From the NCBI RefSeq assembly GCF_000012905.2, contig NC_007493.2:1320001-1352000 (forward strand): a DNA stretch of 32,000 nucleotides, in the 5' to 3' direction. The notes below the pieces were generated by a model. The model did no database searches and was not told the DNA's origin. It saw nothing but the letters and a program-made list of their open reading frames with translations. Made by a program: the position numbers and the translations under genes. This document shows positions 1 to 6,539 of this stretch, one piece after another. The DNA comes from Cereibacter sphaeroides 2.4.1. GTDB taxonomy: Bacteria > Pseudomonadota > Alphaproteobacteria > Rhodobacterales > Rhodobacteraceae. Numbering within the stretch: position 1 is the stretch's first letter; every line of letters begins with the position of its first letter.

Positions 1-275
1 CGGTCGCGCGGATCGAACCCGGCGGCGCCGAAGCCGTAGCCGCTCGCGGCATCCATTCCGCCGCCGGAAGAGCGGTCGCGCTCTGCCCCGCGCGCCTCGT
101 CCTGACCCCGGTCCTGATACCGGGCATCGAAGCGATCGCGATTGCGATCCTCGGGGCCGCCGCGCATGCGCGGGTCGTCTTCGCGGTTGCCCCGTGACCG
201 GTCGCCACCATAGCGCTGCATGTCGGCATCCTCGTCCCAGTTCCGGTTCCGGGCGTCAAATCTCGATTGTGCCAT
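1..275 (-). CDS. N-terminal part of an Arg/Asp/Gly-rich low-complexity (probably disordered) stress-type protein; continues beyond the window edge
   Basis: Not in the ORF track because it runs off the edge. Reverse-strand ATG at 275-273, preceded by GGAGGAGG (revcomp of 282-289) with a 6-nt spacer. The frame is open to position 1. My translation is MAQSRFDARNRNWDEDADMQRYGGDRSRGNREDDPRMRGGPEDRNRDRFDARYQDRGQDEARGAERDRSSGGGMDAASGYGFGAAGFDPRD... Third-position GC is high. The composition resembles small hydrophilic alphaproteobacterial stress proteins (possibly SWFGD-type); the family cannot be confirmed without the C-terminus. Confidence 0.6.
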   Translation of the reverse strand, partial: MAQSRFDARNRNWDEDADMQRYGGDRSRGNREDDPRMRGGPEDRNRDRFDARYQDRGQDEARGAERDRSSGGGMDAASGYGFGAAGFDPRD

Positions 276-341
276 GTCTGATCCTCCTCCGAGTTGCGCG
301 GGAGAGACGGCACGGTCTCCGCGTGTTGAAACGGCTCGGGA

Positions 342-366
342 AACGGACGGTCGAAGCGAATGTTCC
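342..366 (-). promoter_or_regulatory. Perfect EcfG-type promoter motif GGAAC-N16-CGTT (reverse strand) upstream of the Arg/Asp-rich gene
   Basis: The plus strand reads AACG (342-345), 16 nt, GTTCC (362-366). This equals GGAAC-N16-CGTT on the minus strand, and the -10 element ends 66 nt upstream of the ATG at 275. The consensus is known from alphaproteobacterial EcfG/SigT/RpoE2 regulons. Confidence 0.6.
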
Positions 367-586
367 CTCGCGGGCCGCGCGGCGGGGGCGGCTCCGGGCC
401 CGGGACAGCGACTGCCGTCAACCGCAGGCACGGTCTGCAACCTCGCATGTGCGAGTATGTCGAGCAGCCACAGCGCCCCGCGTTGCAAGGAGGAACGGCC
501 GGAGTGCCGGGACGGGGGAGGGAGCGGCGGCCTCTTCCCATGCAAGCGGCGGCTCGCATCCGGTCACTCTTCGGTGAAGGCTGAAG

Positions 587-612
587 GGAACCATCGGCGG
601 AGGCTCTGCATT
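587..612 (+). promoter_or_regulatory. Near-consensus EcfG-type promoter GGAAC-N17-CATT upstream of the small-protein pair
   Basis: GGAAC at 587-591, a 17-nt spacer, CATT at 609-612 (one mismatch to CGTT). It is about 60 nt upstream of the ATG at 673. Confidence 0.35.
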
Positions 613-672
613 GACGGCCAGAGAGCAGGAGCCGGCATCGGCTCTTTCCGAAAAAGTCGCAGAGGACTTCCC

Positions 673-846
673 ATGACCTCGTCAGTATCCCGGCCGCCGC
701 CGGGCCAGATGCCCGAGCCTCCCCCGGGCCCGGGTCCGGATGTAACGCCCGGCCCGCTGCCCGTCCCGGGCGAAAGCCCCGACCTGCCGCCGACCGAGCC
801 GGATCTTCCGGGCGGTCCCGGCGTCCCGCCGACCCTTCCCGTTTAA
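673..846 (+). CDS. Small proline-rich protein (57 aa), hypothetical
   Basis: This is the C-terminal part of track ORF 220..846. ATG at 673 is preceded by AGAGGA (661-666, 6-nt spacer). Sequence is MTSSVSRPPPGQMPEPPPGPGPDVTPGPLPVPGESPDLPPTEPDLPGGPGVPPTLPV with a TAA stop. Third-position GC is about 80%. No family was recognised, and Pro-rich frames can arise spuriously in GC-rich DNA. Confidence 0.4.
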   Translation: MTSSVSRPPPGQMPEPPPGPGPDVTPGPLPVPGESPDLPPTEPDLPGGPGVPPTLPV

Positions 847-880
847 TCGATCCTCTCGTCAACCTACCAAGGAGCTACCA

Positions 881-955
881 GTGAACAGCATCATTTATAT
901 CGTGGGCCTCGTGGTCATCGTCATTGCGATCCTCTCTTTCCTCGGCCTGCGCTGA
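881..955 (+). CDS. 24-aa hydrophobic single-TM peptide (MNSIIYIVGLVVIVIAILSFLGLR)
   Basis: Below the ORF-track size cutoff. GTG at 881 is preceded by a canonical AAGGAG (869-874) with a 6-nt spacer; TGA stop at 953-955. The peptide is an uninterrupted hydrophobic helix ending in Arg, typical of small stress-induced membrane peptides. Confidence 0.55.
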   Translation: MNSIIYIVGLVVIVIAILSFLGLR

Positions 956-1280
956 GGCAGGGGAACCGCCCTATCCGTGCCAGTGACCGGCGCCAAACTG
1001 CCGGAGACGAGTGTTCTATTGTCAGTGTTTGAGTAGCGAGTGACCGGGCCCTGCGACCATCGCGGGGCCTTCGGCGTTGAAGCCGACGGCCGCTCGGGAG
1101 GCTTGTTGCGAGACCTCCGGCACCGAGGCCACGGCCTAGTCAGGGAGGCTCGCTGCGAGGCTCCGAAAAGGATTTCGTCTGCTTGGCATGCGGATGGAAC
1201 CTTGGCCTTGTCCCTCACCTGAAAAAATCCACCGGCGTGGCGCGTGCCTGATGCGGTAGGCGCGACGCGGGCGGAAGACG

Positions 1281-1661
1281 TCAGCCTTGCAGCAGCTTGT
1301 CGAGCAGCGTTGCAAGAAGCACCGCCGTGACGGGCTTCTGGAGGACGTCGATCTGCTGGAACTGCTCCGGGATGGCATCCGCACTTTCGCCGGTCACGAA
1401 GGCGAAGGGGATCCCGCGCGTCCCGAGCGTGCGGGCGAGCGCGAAACAGGTGCCATCGTCGAGCCGCAGATCCAGAAGGGCCGCATCCACGGTCTGATGG
1501 GCGATCAGGCGCAGCGCCTCGGCTTCGGTCCGCGCCGGGCCGACCGTTTCGAACCCCGATGCCGTCAGCTCGTCCACCATCGTCATGGCGAGGATCAGAT
1601 CGTTCTCGGCCACGAGGATGCGGGGCAGTCCGGTTTTCGCGCCCGAGGCGGTCTGGGTCAT
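1281..1661 (-). CDS. Single-domain response regulator (receiver only), PFxFATG-like (FAT GUY type) variant
   Basis: Track ORF 1281..1688. The preferred start is ATG at 1661 (MTQTASG...), with GGAG 9 nt upstream. Receiver hallmarks present are the acidic pair in LVAENDLIL, the phospho-acceptor Asp in AALLDLRL, Thr in PFAFVTGE and Lys in LQKPV. There is no output domain. Confidence 0.85.
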   Translation of the reverse strand: MTQTASGAKTGLPRILVAENDLILAMTMVDELTASGFETVGPARTEAEALRLIAHQTVDAALLDLRLDDGTCFALARTLGTRGIPFAFVTGESADAIPEQFQQIDVLQKPVTAVLLATLLDKLLQG

Positions 1662-1688
1662 GGCGAAAATCTCCGTCGCTTTGCCCAC

Positions 1689-1714
1689 AAGGGTCCGTAA
1701 GGCGACATGGTTCC
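1689..1714 (-). promoter_or_regulatory. Weak EcfG-like motif GGAAC-N17-CCTT upstream of the receiver gene
   Basis: Plus-strand GTTCC at 1710-1714 and AAGG at 1689-1692. On the minus strand this reads GGAAC-N17-CCTT (one mismatch). The predicted TSS near 1682 would fit the ATG at 1661 and exclude the GTG at 1688. Confidence 0.25.
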
Positions 1715-1885
1715 CGTCTCGGCCCCGCTTTCGGCGCTTTTGCGCGGCCGGGATTCAGCAGGAGTCTCCCTTCTCCGGAGCCTGATGCGCGGGCGCGCCG
1801 AGGCTGCCTCGGTCGCGCGGACTGCCGTCGTTCGTACTCCTCGCAAATCGCATCCCTGCCTGCGGGACTGAAGCGCGCCCGCGGG

Positions 1886-1911
1886 GGAACGGTTCGGGTC
1901 CGCGGTACGTT
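1886..1911 (+). promoter_or_regulatory. Perfect EcfG-type promoter motif GGAAC-N17-CGTT upstream of mgtC-family gene
   Basis: GGAAC at 1886-1890, a 17-nt spacer, CGTT at 1908-1911. The ATG of the MgtC-family gene lies 60 nt downstream at 1972. Confidence 0.6.
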
Positions 1912-1971
1912 TGCCCGAGAGGCGGCGGCGGAGTTTCCGGTCAGACGCTCACGCTTGATGCATGGAATGAC

Positions 1972-2724
1972 ATGGCGGAATTGCTTCAGGACTTTCTCAG
2001 GCAAGACATCGCCCTGCCCATGATCAGCAGCCTCGTGACGGGGTTCCTGATCGGGCTCGACCGCGAGATCCGCGGCAAGCCTGCGGGCCTGCGGACCCAT
2101 GCGCTCGTCTGTTTCGCAGCGACGATTCTGACCCTCGCGGCGGCCCGGCAGGGGCAGTGGACGGTCGTCCTTCTTCCCGACACGCAGATCGTCGCCGACC
2201 CCGCGCGCATGGCGCATGGGATCCTGACGGGCATCGGCTTTCTCGGCGCGGGCGTGATCTTCCGGGAGGGGGCGTCGGTCCATGGGCTGACCACGGCGGC
2301 CTCGCTCTGGATCACCTCTGCCCTGGGGATCGTCTATGGGATCGGCATGTATTGGCTGGCCCTTGCCGGAACCGTTGTCACGCTCATCCTCCTCGTGGCG
2401 GTGCGGCTCATCCATGCGCGGCTTCCGGTGCGTACGGAGATCCGGCTGCGCGTGACGCTGCGGCTCGGGTCCAGCTTCGACGCCGAGCGGCTGACGGCGC
2501 TCCTGAACAGCAACGGGGTGGAGATCGGCGCCATCAGCCGCAGCCTGAGCCGGCCTTCCGAGCGGATGCGGCTCAGCACTGCCGTCCATGTCCGGCAGGA
2601 GGCCACGCTCGACCGGCTCGCCCGGGCGCTCACCGAAGAGCCGGACGTGCTGGCCTTCGATCTGATGCCCGTCGGCGATCCAGCCGGGCGCACCCTGTTG
2701 GACCGGACCGGCGACGCATCGTGA
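1972..2724 (+). CDS. MgtC/SapB family membrane protein
   Basis: 250 aa. The N-terminus is a hydrophobic MgtC domain (..LVTGFLIGLDREIRGKPAGLRTHALVCFAATILT.., GILTGIGFLGAGVIF, ASLWITSALGIVYG). It is followed by a soluble C-terminal domain, as in MgtC-family proteins. Confidence 0.9.
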   Translation: MAELLQDFLRQDIALPMISSLVTGFLIGLDREIRGKPAGLRTHALVCFAATILTLAAARQGQWTVVLLPDTQIVADPARMAHGILTGIGFLGAGVIFREGASVHGLTTAASLWITSALGIVYGIGMYWLALAGTVVTLILLVAVRLIHARLPVRTEIRLRVTLRLGSSFDAERLTALLNSNGVEIGAISRSLSRPSERMRLSTAVHVRQEATLDRLARALTEEPDVLAFDLMPVGDPAGRTLLDRTGDAS

Positions 2725-2911
2725 GCCAAAGGCCCGAGGGCCTGGCGGGATGCGCGATCCACCGGGTGCCGCTGTCGGCGGGGGAAAGTGCTCTGGCGCT
2801 CGTGCCGCACGGCTCGCGGCCCTTCAGGCGGATCGCGCCTGACATCCTCCCCGCCGCAGGCGGGTCAAGCCCGGGGGGCCGCGGAGGCGGATCCGGACGC
2901 CGTGGCCCGGA

Positions 2912-3166
2912 TCAGCCCGGCGCAATCCCGTCGCGCAGGCGGTCGGCCTCGTCGCGGATGCAGCGGATCTCCTCGGCAAGCGCCACTTCGATGCCGATGC
3001 CCGGTGCGGGCACGGCGCCGGGGTCCTCCTGATGGTCCTGCATGGTGCTGCGCTCGTCGAGCCAGTCGCGCAGCGCGTCGCTGCCTGCCAGCGCCACCAG
3101 GCGCGCCAGCACCTTGCGCTGCGCGATCAGCCGCCCCTCGATCGTGTCCGAAGTCAGTTCCGTCAT
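2912..3166 (-). CDS. Hypothetical 84-aa acidic helical protein, translationally coupled to ligD
   Basis: This is the C-terminal piece of the spurious track ORF 2912..4594. ATG at 3166-3164 overlaps the ligD stop (ATGA), and GGAGGG lies upstream inside the ligD 3' end. Sequence is MTELTSDTIEGRLIAQRKVLARLVALAGSDALRDWLDERSTMQDHQEDPGAVPAPGIGIEVALAEEIRCIRDEADRLRDGIAPG. Third-position GC is very high. No family was recognised. Confidence 0.7.
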   Translation of the reverse strand: MTELTSDTIEGRLIAQRKVLARLVALAGSDALRDWLDERSTMQDHQEDPGAVPAPGIGIEVALAEEIRCIRDEADRLRDGIAPG

Positions 3167-5769
3167 GGTTTCCCTCCTGCCACAAGTCGCTCGAGCCGCC
3201 CGATCACGGTCCGACCCAGTGTCGCGGGCCGGGCGGAGGCCTCGGCCAGCGGGCAGGGCCGGTCGAGCCGGTCGCGGATGGAGCGGATCGTCCAGTCGCC
3301 GCCCGACCGGGCCGAGGCGAGTTCGTCCCAGTCGACCGGCGTCGCCACCGGCGCGCCCGGGCGGGCGCGCAGGCTGTAGGGAGCGATCGCCGTCGAGCCG
3401 CGGTCGTTCCGCAGCCAGTCGATGAAGATCCGGCCCTTGCGCCCGGCCTTGGCCATCGTGGCCGTGTAGCGGTCGGGCGCCTCCTGAGCCAGATGGGTGG
3501 CGAGCGCCCGCGAGAAGAGCTTCACGCTCTCCCATTCGGCCTTGGGCTTCAGCGGCACGATCACATGCACCCCCTTGCCGCCGGAGAGCATCGGCACCGA
3601 GGGCAGGCCGAGGTCCGTGAGCAGACCGCGCAGCTCGGCCGCCGCGGTCCGCACATGGGCGAAGTCGAGACCCTCGTCGGGGTCGAGATCGAACACCAGC
3701 CGGTCCGGTCGCTGAAGGCTGCGGTTGCGCGAGCCCCAGATGTGGAATTCGAGTGTCCCCATCTGCGTGGCCCCGACCAGAGCCGCGACATCGGGCAGGG
3801 TGATGAAATCCTCGGGCCCCGATTTCGTCTCGACGGGCACCGTCTTCATCGCGACGGGCATGCCGCGGGTGCGGTGCTTCTGGAAGAAGCACTCCGCCGC
3901 CGCCCCTTCCGGGCAACGCAGGAGCGAGACGGGACGATCCTTCAGGAAGCGCAGCATCCGCGGCGCCAGTGCCTCGGCATGCTCCGCCACCTCGCGCTTC
4001 GTGACGGCGGGCCGGTCGTAGATCCGCCGGTCGGGGTGGCTGATGCGGATGCCTGCGACGCGCAGGTCGTCGGGTCGGGCCATCGTCGTCTCCTTCTTCT
4101 CCCCGCGCGCCGTCCGGGGTTTCCGGGCAGGCTCGGGGGCGGGCTCGTCGGGTGAGGGGGCGTCTGGCCGGGCCGTCTTCGTCCCCTTCTTCCGCACGCC
4201 CGACTTCCGGGGCGCGGGCGTTTCGGGCGCGGGCTCCTCGAGCCGCACCTCCCGCGCGTCCTTGTCGCTCCGCAGGCCGGCGAAGACCCCGTGCCGGATG
4301 TGCCCCTCCGCCGTCAGTTCGGTGAAGCTCACCTCGGCCACCAGCTCGGGCTTCAGCCAGTGCGCCCCCTTGGCCTCGGCCGGCGTGCGGTCGAAGGGGC
4401 AGGCGCTTTGCGCCCGTTCGGCCAGAAGCGGCTTCAACTCGCGGAACAGGGGGGCGCCGAAGCCGCTGCCGACACTGCCGCGGTAGACCAGACGGCTCTT
4501 TTCGTAGCTGCCCATCACCAGCGAGGCGAAGGGACGGCCCGGCTTGTCCGAGGCGTTCCAGCCGCAGATCACGAATTCCTGCCGGTGCGCGCATTTCACC
4601 TTCAGCCAGTCGCCGTTCCGGCTGCCCGCATAGGGCGCGGAGGCCCGCTTCGAGACGATCCCTTCAAGGCCCGCTGCGCATATGCGCTCGTGCACCTCGG
4701 GGCCGTGGCCGCGGATGTGGCCCGAGAAGCGCACCGCGCCGCGCCCCTTGCCGATCAGCGTCTTGAGCCGCTCCTTCCGCGCGAGAAGCGGCTGTCCGGT
4801 CAGGTCCTCGCCGTCGAGGAGCAGCAGGTCGAAGGTCATGAAGAGGAGCTGGCCCCCCGATTTCAGCCGTGCCTGCAGCTCGGAGAACGAGCCGCCCTCC
4901 CGGCCCGGCGCGATCACCTCGCCGTCGATCAGCGCCTCCTGGGCCTCAAGCGCCTCGACATCCTCGACGAGGGCGCCGAACTTGGCCGTCCAGTCGAGGC
5001 CGGAGCGGGTGTAGAGGCGGGCCCGACCTCCGGCGAGGGCCGCGAGGCAGCGGTAGCCGTCGAACTTGGTCTCGTGGATCCAGTCCTCGCCCTCGGGCGC
5101 CGCCGAAACGAGGCGCGCGAGCTGGAGCGGCCGGAAGGCGGGCAGGGCAGCCTGGCGCGTGCGCCGCGGTGGCGCCTTGCCGGCGGCGATCTGCTCCATG
5201 GTCCGCCCCGTTGCGACCGAGGTCATGTGCCGCTCGACCAGCTCCTCGGTCTGCTCGCTTTCATGCGTGTCGTGCTCCTTGATGAGGAGCCAGTTCTCGG
5301 CCTTCTCGCGCGGCCTGGGTTTCATGCGCACCAGCGTCCAGCGGCCGCGCATCCGCTCGCCCGCGAGGCGGATCTTGAGCTGACCGGTGCGCAGCCCCTC
5401 CGCAAAGTCGCCCTGCGGTTCCCAAGTGCCCCGGTCCCAGAGCATGACCGTGCCGCCGCCATATTCGCCCTTGGGGATCGTGCCCTCGAACTCGGCATAA
5501 TCCAGCGGATGATCCTCGGTTCGCACCGCAAGCCTGCGGGCGGACGGATCGGGCGAGGGGCCGCGCGTCACGGCCCAGCTCAGCAGGACACCGTTCCACT
5601 CCAGCCGGAAATCCCAGTGCAGACGGGAGGCTGCATGTTTCTGCACGACGAAGGACAGGCTCTCCGCCTCGGGGCGCGGCGCCTCGGAACGGCCCTGCGG
5701 CTCGGGCGTGCGCGCGAAGTCGCGCTTGGCGCGGTAGCGGTCGAGATCCTGTCGCGGGTTGGCGGGCAT
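3163..5769 (-). CDS. ligD: ATP-dependent DNA ligase LigD, three-domain (phosphoesterase - ligase - polymerase/primase) NHEJ enzyme
   Basis: Track ORF 3163..5904. The N-terminal 3'-phosphoesterase signature is FVVQKHAASRLHWDFRLE..WAVTRGPS. The central ligase carries the adenylation motif ETKFDGYR. The C-terminal LigD polymerase domain shows FHIWGSR, VFDLDP and GGKGVHVIVPL. The start is chosen at ATG 5769 (MPANPRQDLDRYRAKRDF..) because AGGAG lies 6 nt upstream. The alternative ATG at 5790 has no SD and sits at the predicted TSS of the promoter at 5795-5819. Confidence 0.9.
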   Translation of the reverse strand: MPANPRQDLDRYRAKRDFARTPEPQGRSEAPRPEAESLSFVVQKHAASRLHWDFRLEWNGVLLSWAVTRGPSPDPSARRLAVRTEDHPLDYAEFEGTIPKGEYGGGTVMLWDRGTWEPQGDFAEGLRTGQLKIRLAGERMRGRWTLVRMKPRPREKAENWLLIKEHDTHESEQTEELVERHMTSVATGRTMEQIAAGKAPPRRTRQAALPAFRPLQLARLVSAAPEGEDWIHETKFDGYRCLAALAGGRARLYTRSGLDWTAKFGALVEDVEALEAQEALIDGEVIAPGREGGSFSELQARLKSGGQLLFMTFDLLLLDGEDLTGQPLLARKERLKTLIGKGRGAVRFSGHIRGHGPEVHERICAAGLEGIVSKRASAPYAGSRNGDWLKVKCAHRQEFVICGWNASDKPGRPFASLVMGSYEKSRLVYRGSVGSGFGAPLFRELKPLLAERAQSACPFDRTPAEAKGAHWLKPELVAEVSFTELTAEGHIRHGVFAGLRSDKDAREVRLEEPAPETPAPRKSGVRKKGTKTARPDAPSPDEPAPEPARKPRTARGEKKETTMARPDDLRVAGIRISHPDRRIYDRPAVTKREVAEHAEALAPRMLRFLKDRPVSLLRCPEGAAAECFFQKHRTRGMPVAMKTVPVETKSGPEDFITLPDVAALVGATQMGTLEFHIWGSRNRSLQRPDRLVFDLDPDEGLDFAHVRTAAAELRGLLTDLGLPSVPMLSGGKGVHVIVPLKPKAEWESVKLFSRALATHLAQEAPDRYTATMAKAGRKGRIFIDWLRNDRGSTAIAPYSLRARPGAPVATPVDWDELASARSGGDWTIRSIRDRLDRPCPLAEASARPATLGRTVIGRLERLVAGGKP

Positions 5770-5794
5770 CGGCGGCTCCTGACGGCTCATGGGG

Positions 5795-5819
5795 AACGTG
5801 ACGGAGCGGGGACAGTTCC
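5795..5819 (-). promoter_or_regulatory. Perfect EcfG-type promoter motif GGAAC-N16-CGTT (reverse strand) upstream of ligD
   Basis: The plus strand reads AACG (5795-5798), 16 nt, GTTCC (5815-5819). The -10 element ends about 25 nt upstream of the ATG at 5769. Confidence 0.65.
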
Positions 5820-6036
5820 TGAGACCGCGGGCGCTCGGCAGGGGATAGACCGGGTCACGGCCTTGGCAGGGCGCGCAGGTGGGTCGCCATGAACCGGCCC
5901 GCAACGCATGTCAGAGCAGCGCCAGTGGTCTCCGCGACCGGGCCTCGCGGACCCTGCCCGCGACAGGACCCACCGCCGTTCAGCCACGCCGGTGTGGCTG
6001 CCCGATCATTTGCTAAGAAAATAATGCGGCGGTGGA

Positions 6037-6062
6037 GGAACCTCGGGAACCGAGAGCGTGTT
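6037..6062 (+). promoter_or_regulatory. Near-consensus EcfG-like motif GGAAC-N17-TGTT preceded by an AT-rich patch
   Basis: GGAAC at 6037-6041, a 17-nt spacer, TGTT at 6059-6062 (GTT retained, one mismatch). A strikingly AT-rich stretch, atcatttgctaagaaaataatg (about 6006-6027), sits just upstream like an UP element. A second GGAAC occurs at 6046-6050. Confidence 0.3.
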
Positions 6063-6162
6063 CCCCCTGCGATGTGGGGCAGCTCGGGCAGAAGCAATGG
6101 ACAGTCGCGACAGCGGATTTCAGGGCGTGGCACGGGTTCCGGGGGGCGCCCGGAGACCGTCC

Positions 6163-6507
6163 ATGTCTCCGGCCGCAGGCGAGACGGATCGCCATCAGCC
6201 GGAGGACCGCCTCAGAGCCCCGATTGTGCCCTTGTCAGCCGACCCTGGCAGGAATGCCACAGCCGCAGCCGAGGCGGGAACCAATGGCGGCCAGGATGCT
6301 TGTGATGCGACAGTCACAAGACAAGAACCTGAGGCCATGTTTCATTTCATGCAAGATGGCCAGGGCGACGACCTGGTCAACCGACATGTCGAGGACAATC
6401 TTCGACGAACCTATGCCATATCGGCCGCCGATGAACCGATCGACGACCGGTTTGCCACGCTCCTGAAGCGTATCGCCGCGAAGCAGGCTCAGTCAGGCCG
6501 CAGCTGA
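6163..6507 (+). CDS. NepR-type anti-sigma factor-like protein (NepR motif at C-terminus)
   Basis: Same frame as track ORF 6058..6507. The C-terminal VEDNLRRTYAISAADEPIDDRFATLLKRIAAKQ matches the NepR signature (LRxxY...EP[ILV][PD]xRFxxLLxx[IL]). The start is uncertain. ATG 6163 has the best SD (GGAGA, 6-nt spacer). ATG 6337 would give a 56-aa NepR-sized protein but has a poor SD. Third-position GC is only about 60-67%, so coding statistics are weak and the call rests on the motif. Confidence 0.5.
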   Translation: MSPAAGETDRHQPEDRLRAPIVPLSADPGRNATAAAEAGTNGGQDACDATVTRQEPEAMFHFMQDGQGDDLVNRHVEDNLRRTYAISAADEPIDDRFATLLKRIAAKQAQSGRS

Positions 6508-6539
6508 CGGGCGCGGCCCGCTGCCGGTGGCGGCTGCAT

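Noticed and set aside
895-2589. 564-aa reverse-strand ORF spanning the receiver and mgtC region
   Set aside because: The product is an Arg/Pro/Gly-rich low-complexity translation typical of off-frame shadow ORFs in high-GC DNA. It overlaps two genes with clear family signatures (receiver domain, MgtC) in other frames or strands.
4443-4467. One-mismatch EcfG-like motifs inside coding regions. Examples: 4443-4467 GGAAC-N16-CGCT; 5686-5710 and 21868-21892 GGAAC-N16-CGTG; 18213-18238 and 27426-27451 GGAAC-N17-CGTC.
   Set aside because: All are intragenic and mostly antisense, and one-mismatch matches are expected frequently by chance. They are not treated as promoters. By the same logic, the one-mismatch intergenic sites reported in the features carry low confidence.
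5788-5790. Upstream in-frame ATG (MSRQEPPM...) as the ligD start; also the track start at 5904
   Set aside because: There is no SD upstream of 5790. The perfect promoter motif at 5795-5819 would place the TSS at or after this codon. The ATG at 5769 has AGGAG at 6-nt spacing. The start at 5904 lies upstream of the promoter.
6277-6301. GGAAC-N16-GCTT about 35 nt upstream of the internal ATG at 6337 of the NepR-like ORF
   Set aside because: There are two mismatches in the short -10 element (GCTT versus CGTT), which is too weak to call. It is kept only as a possible reason to prefer the short 56-aa form if a TSS maps near 6308.
5889-6305. 138-aa plus-strand ORF (and the 92-aa and 60-aa minus-strand ORFs) in the ligD/NepR intergenic region
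   Set aside because: The products are Arg/Gly/Ser-rich. Third-position GC is about 68%, no better than background. None has an SD or a recognisable motif.
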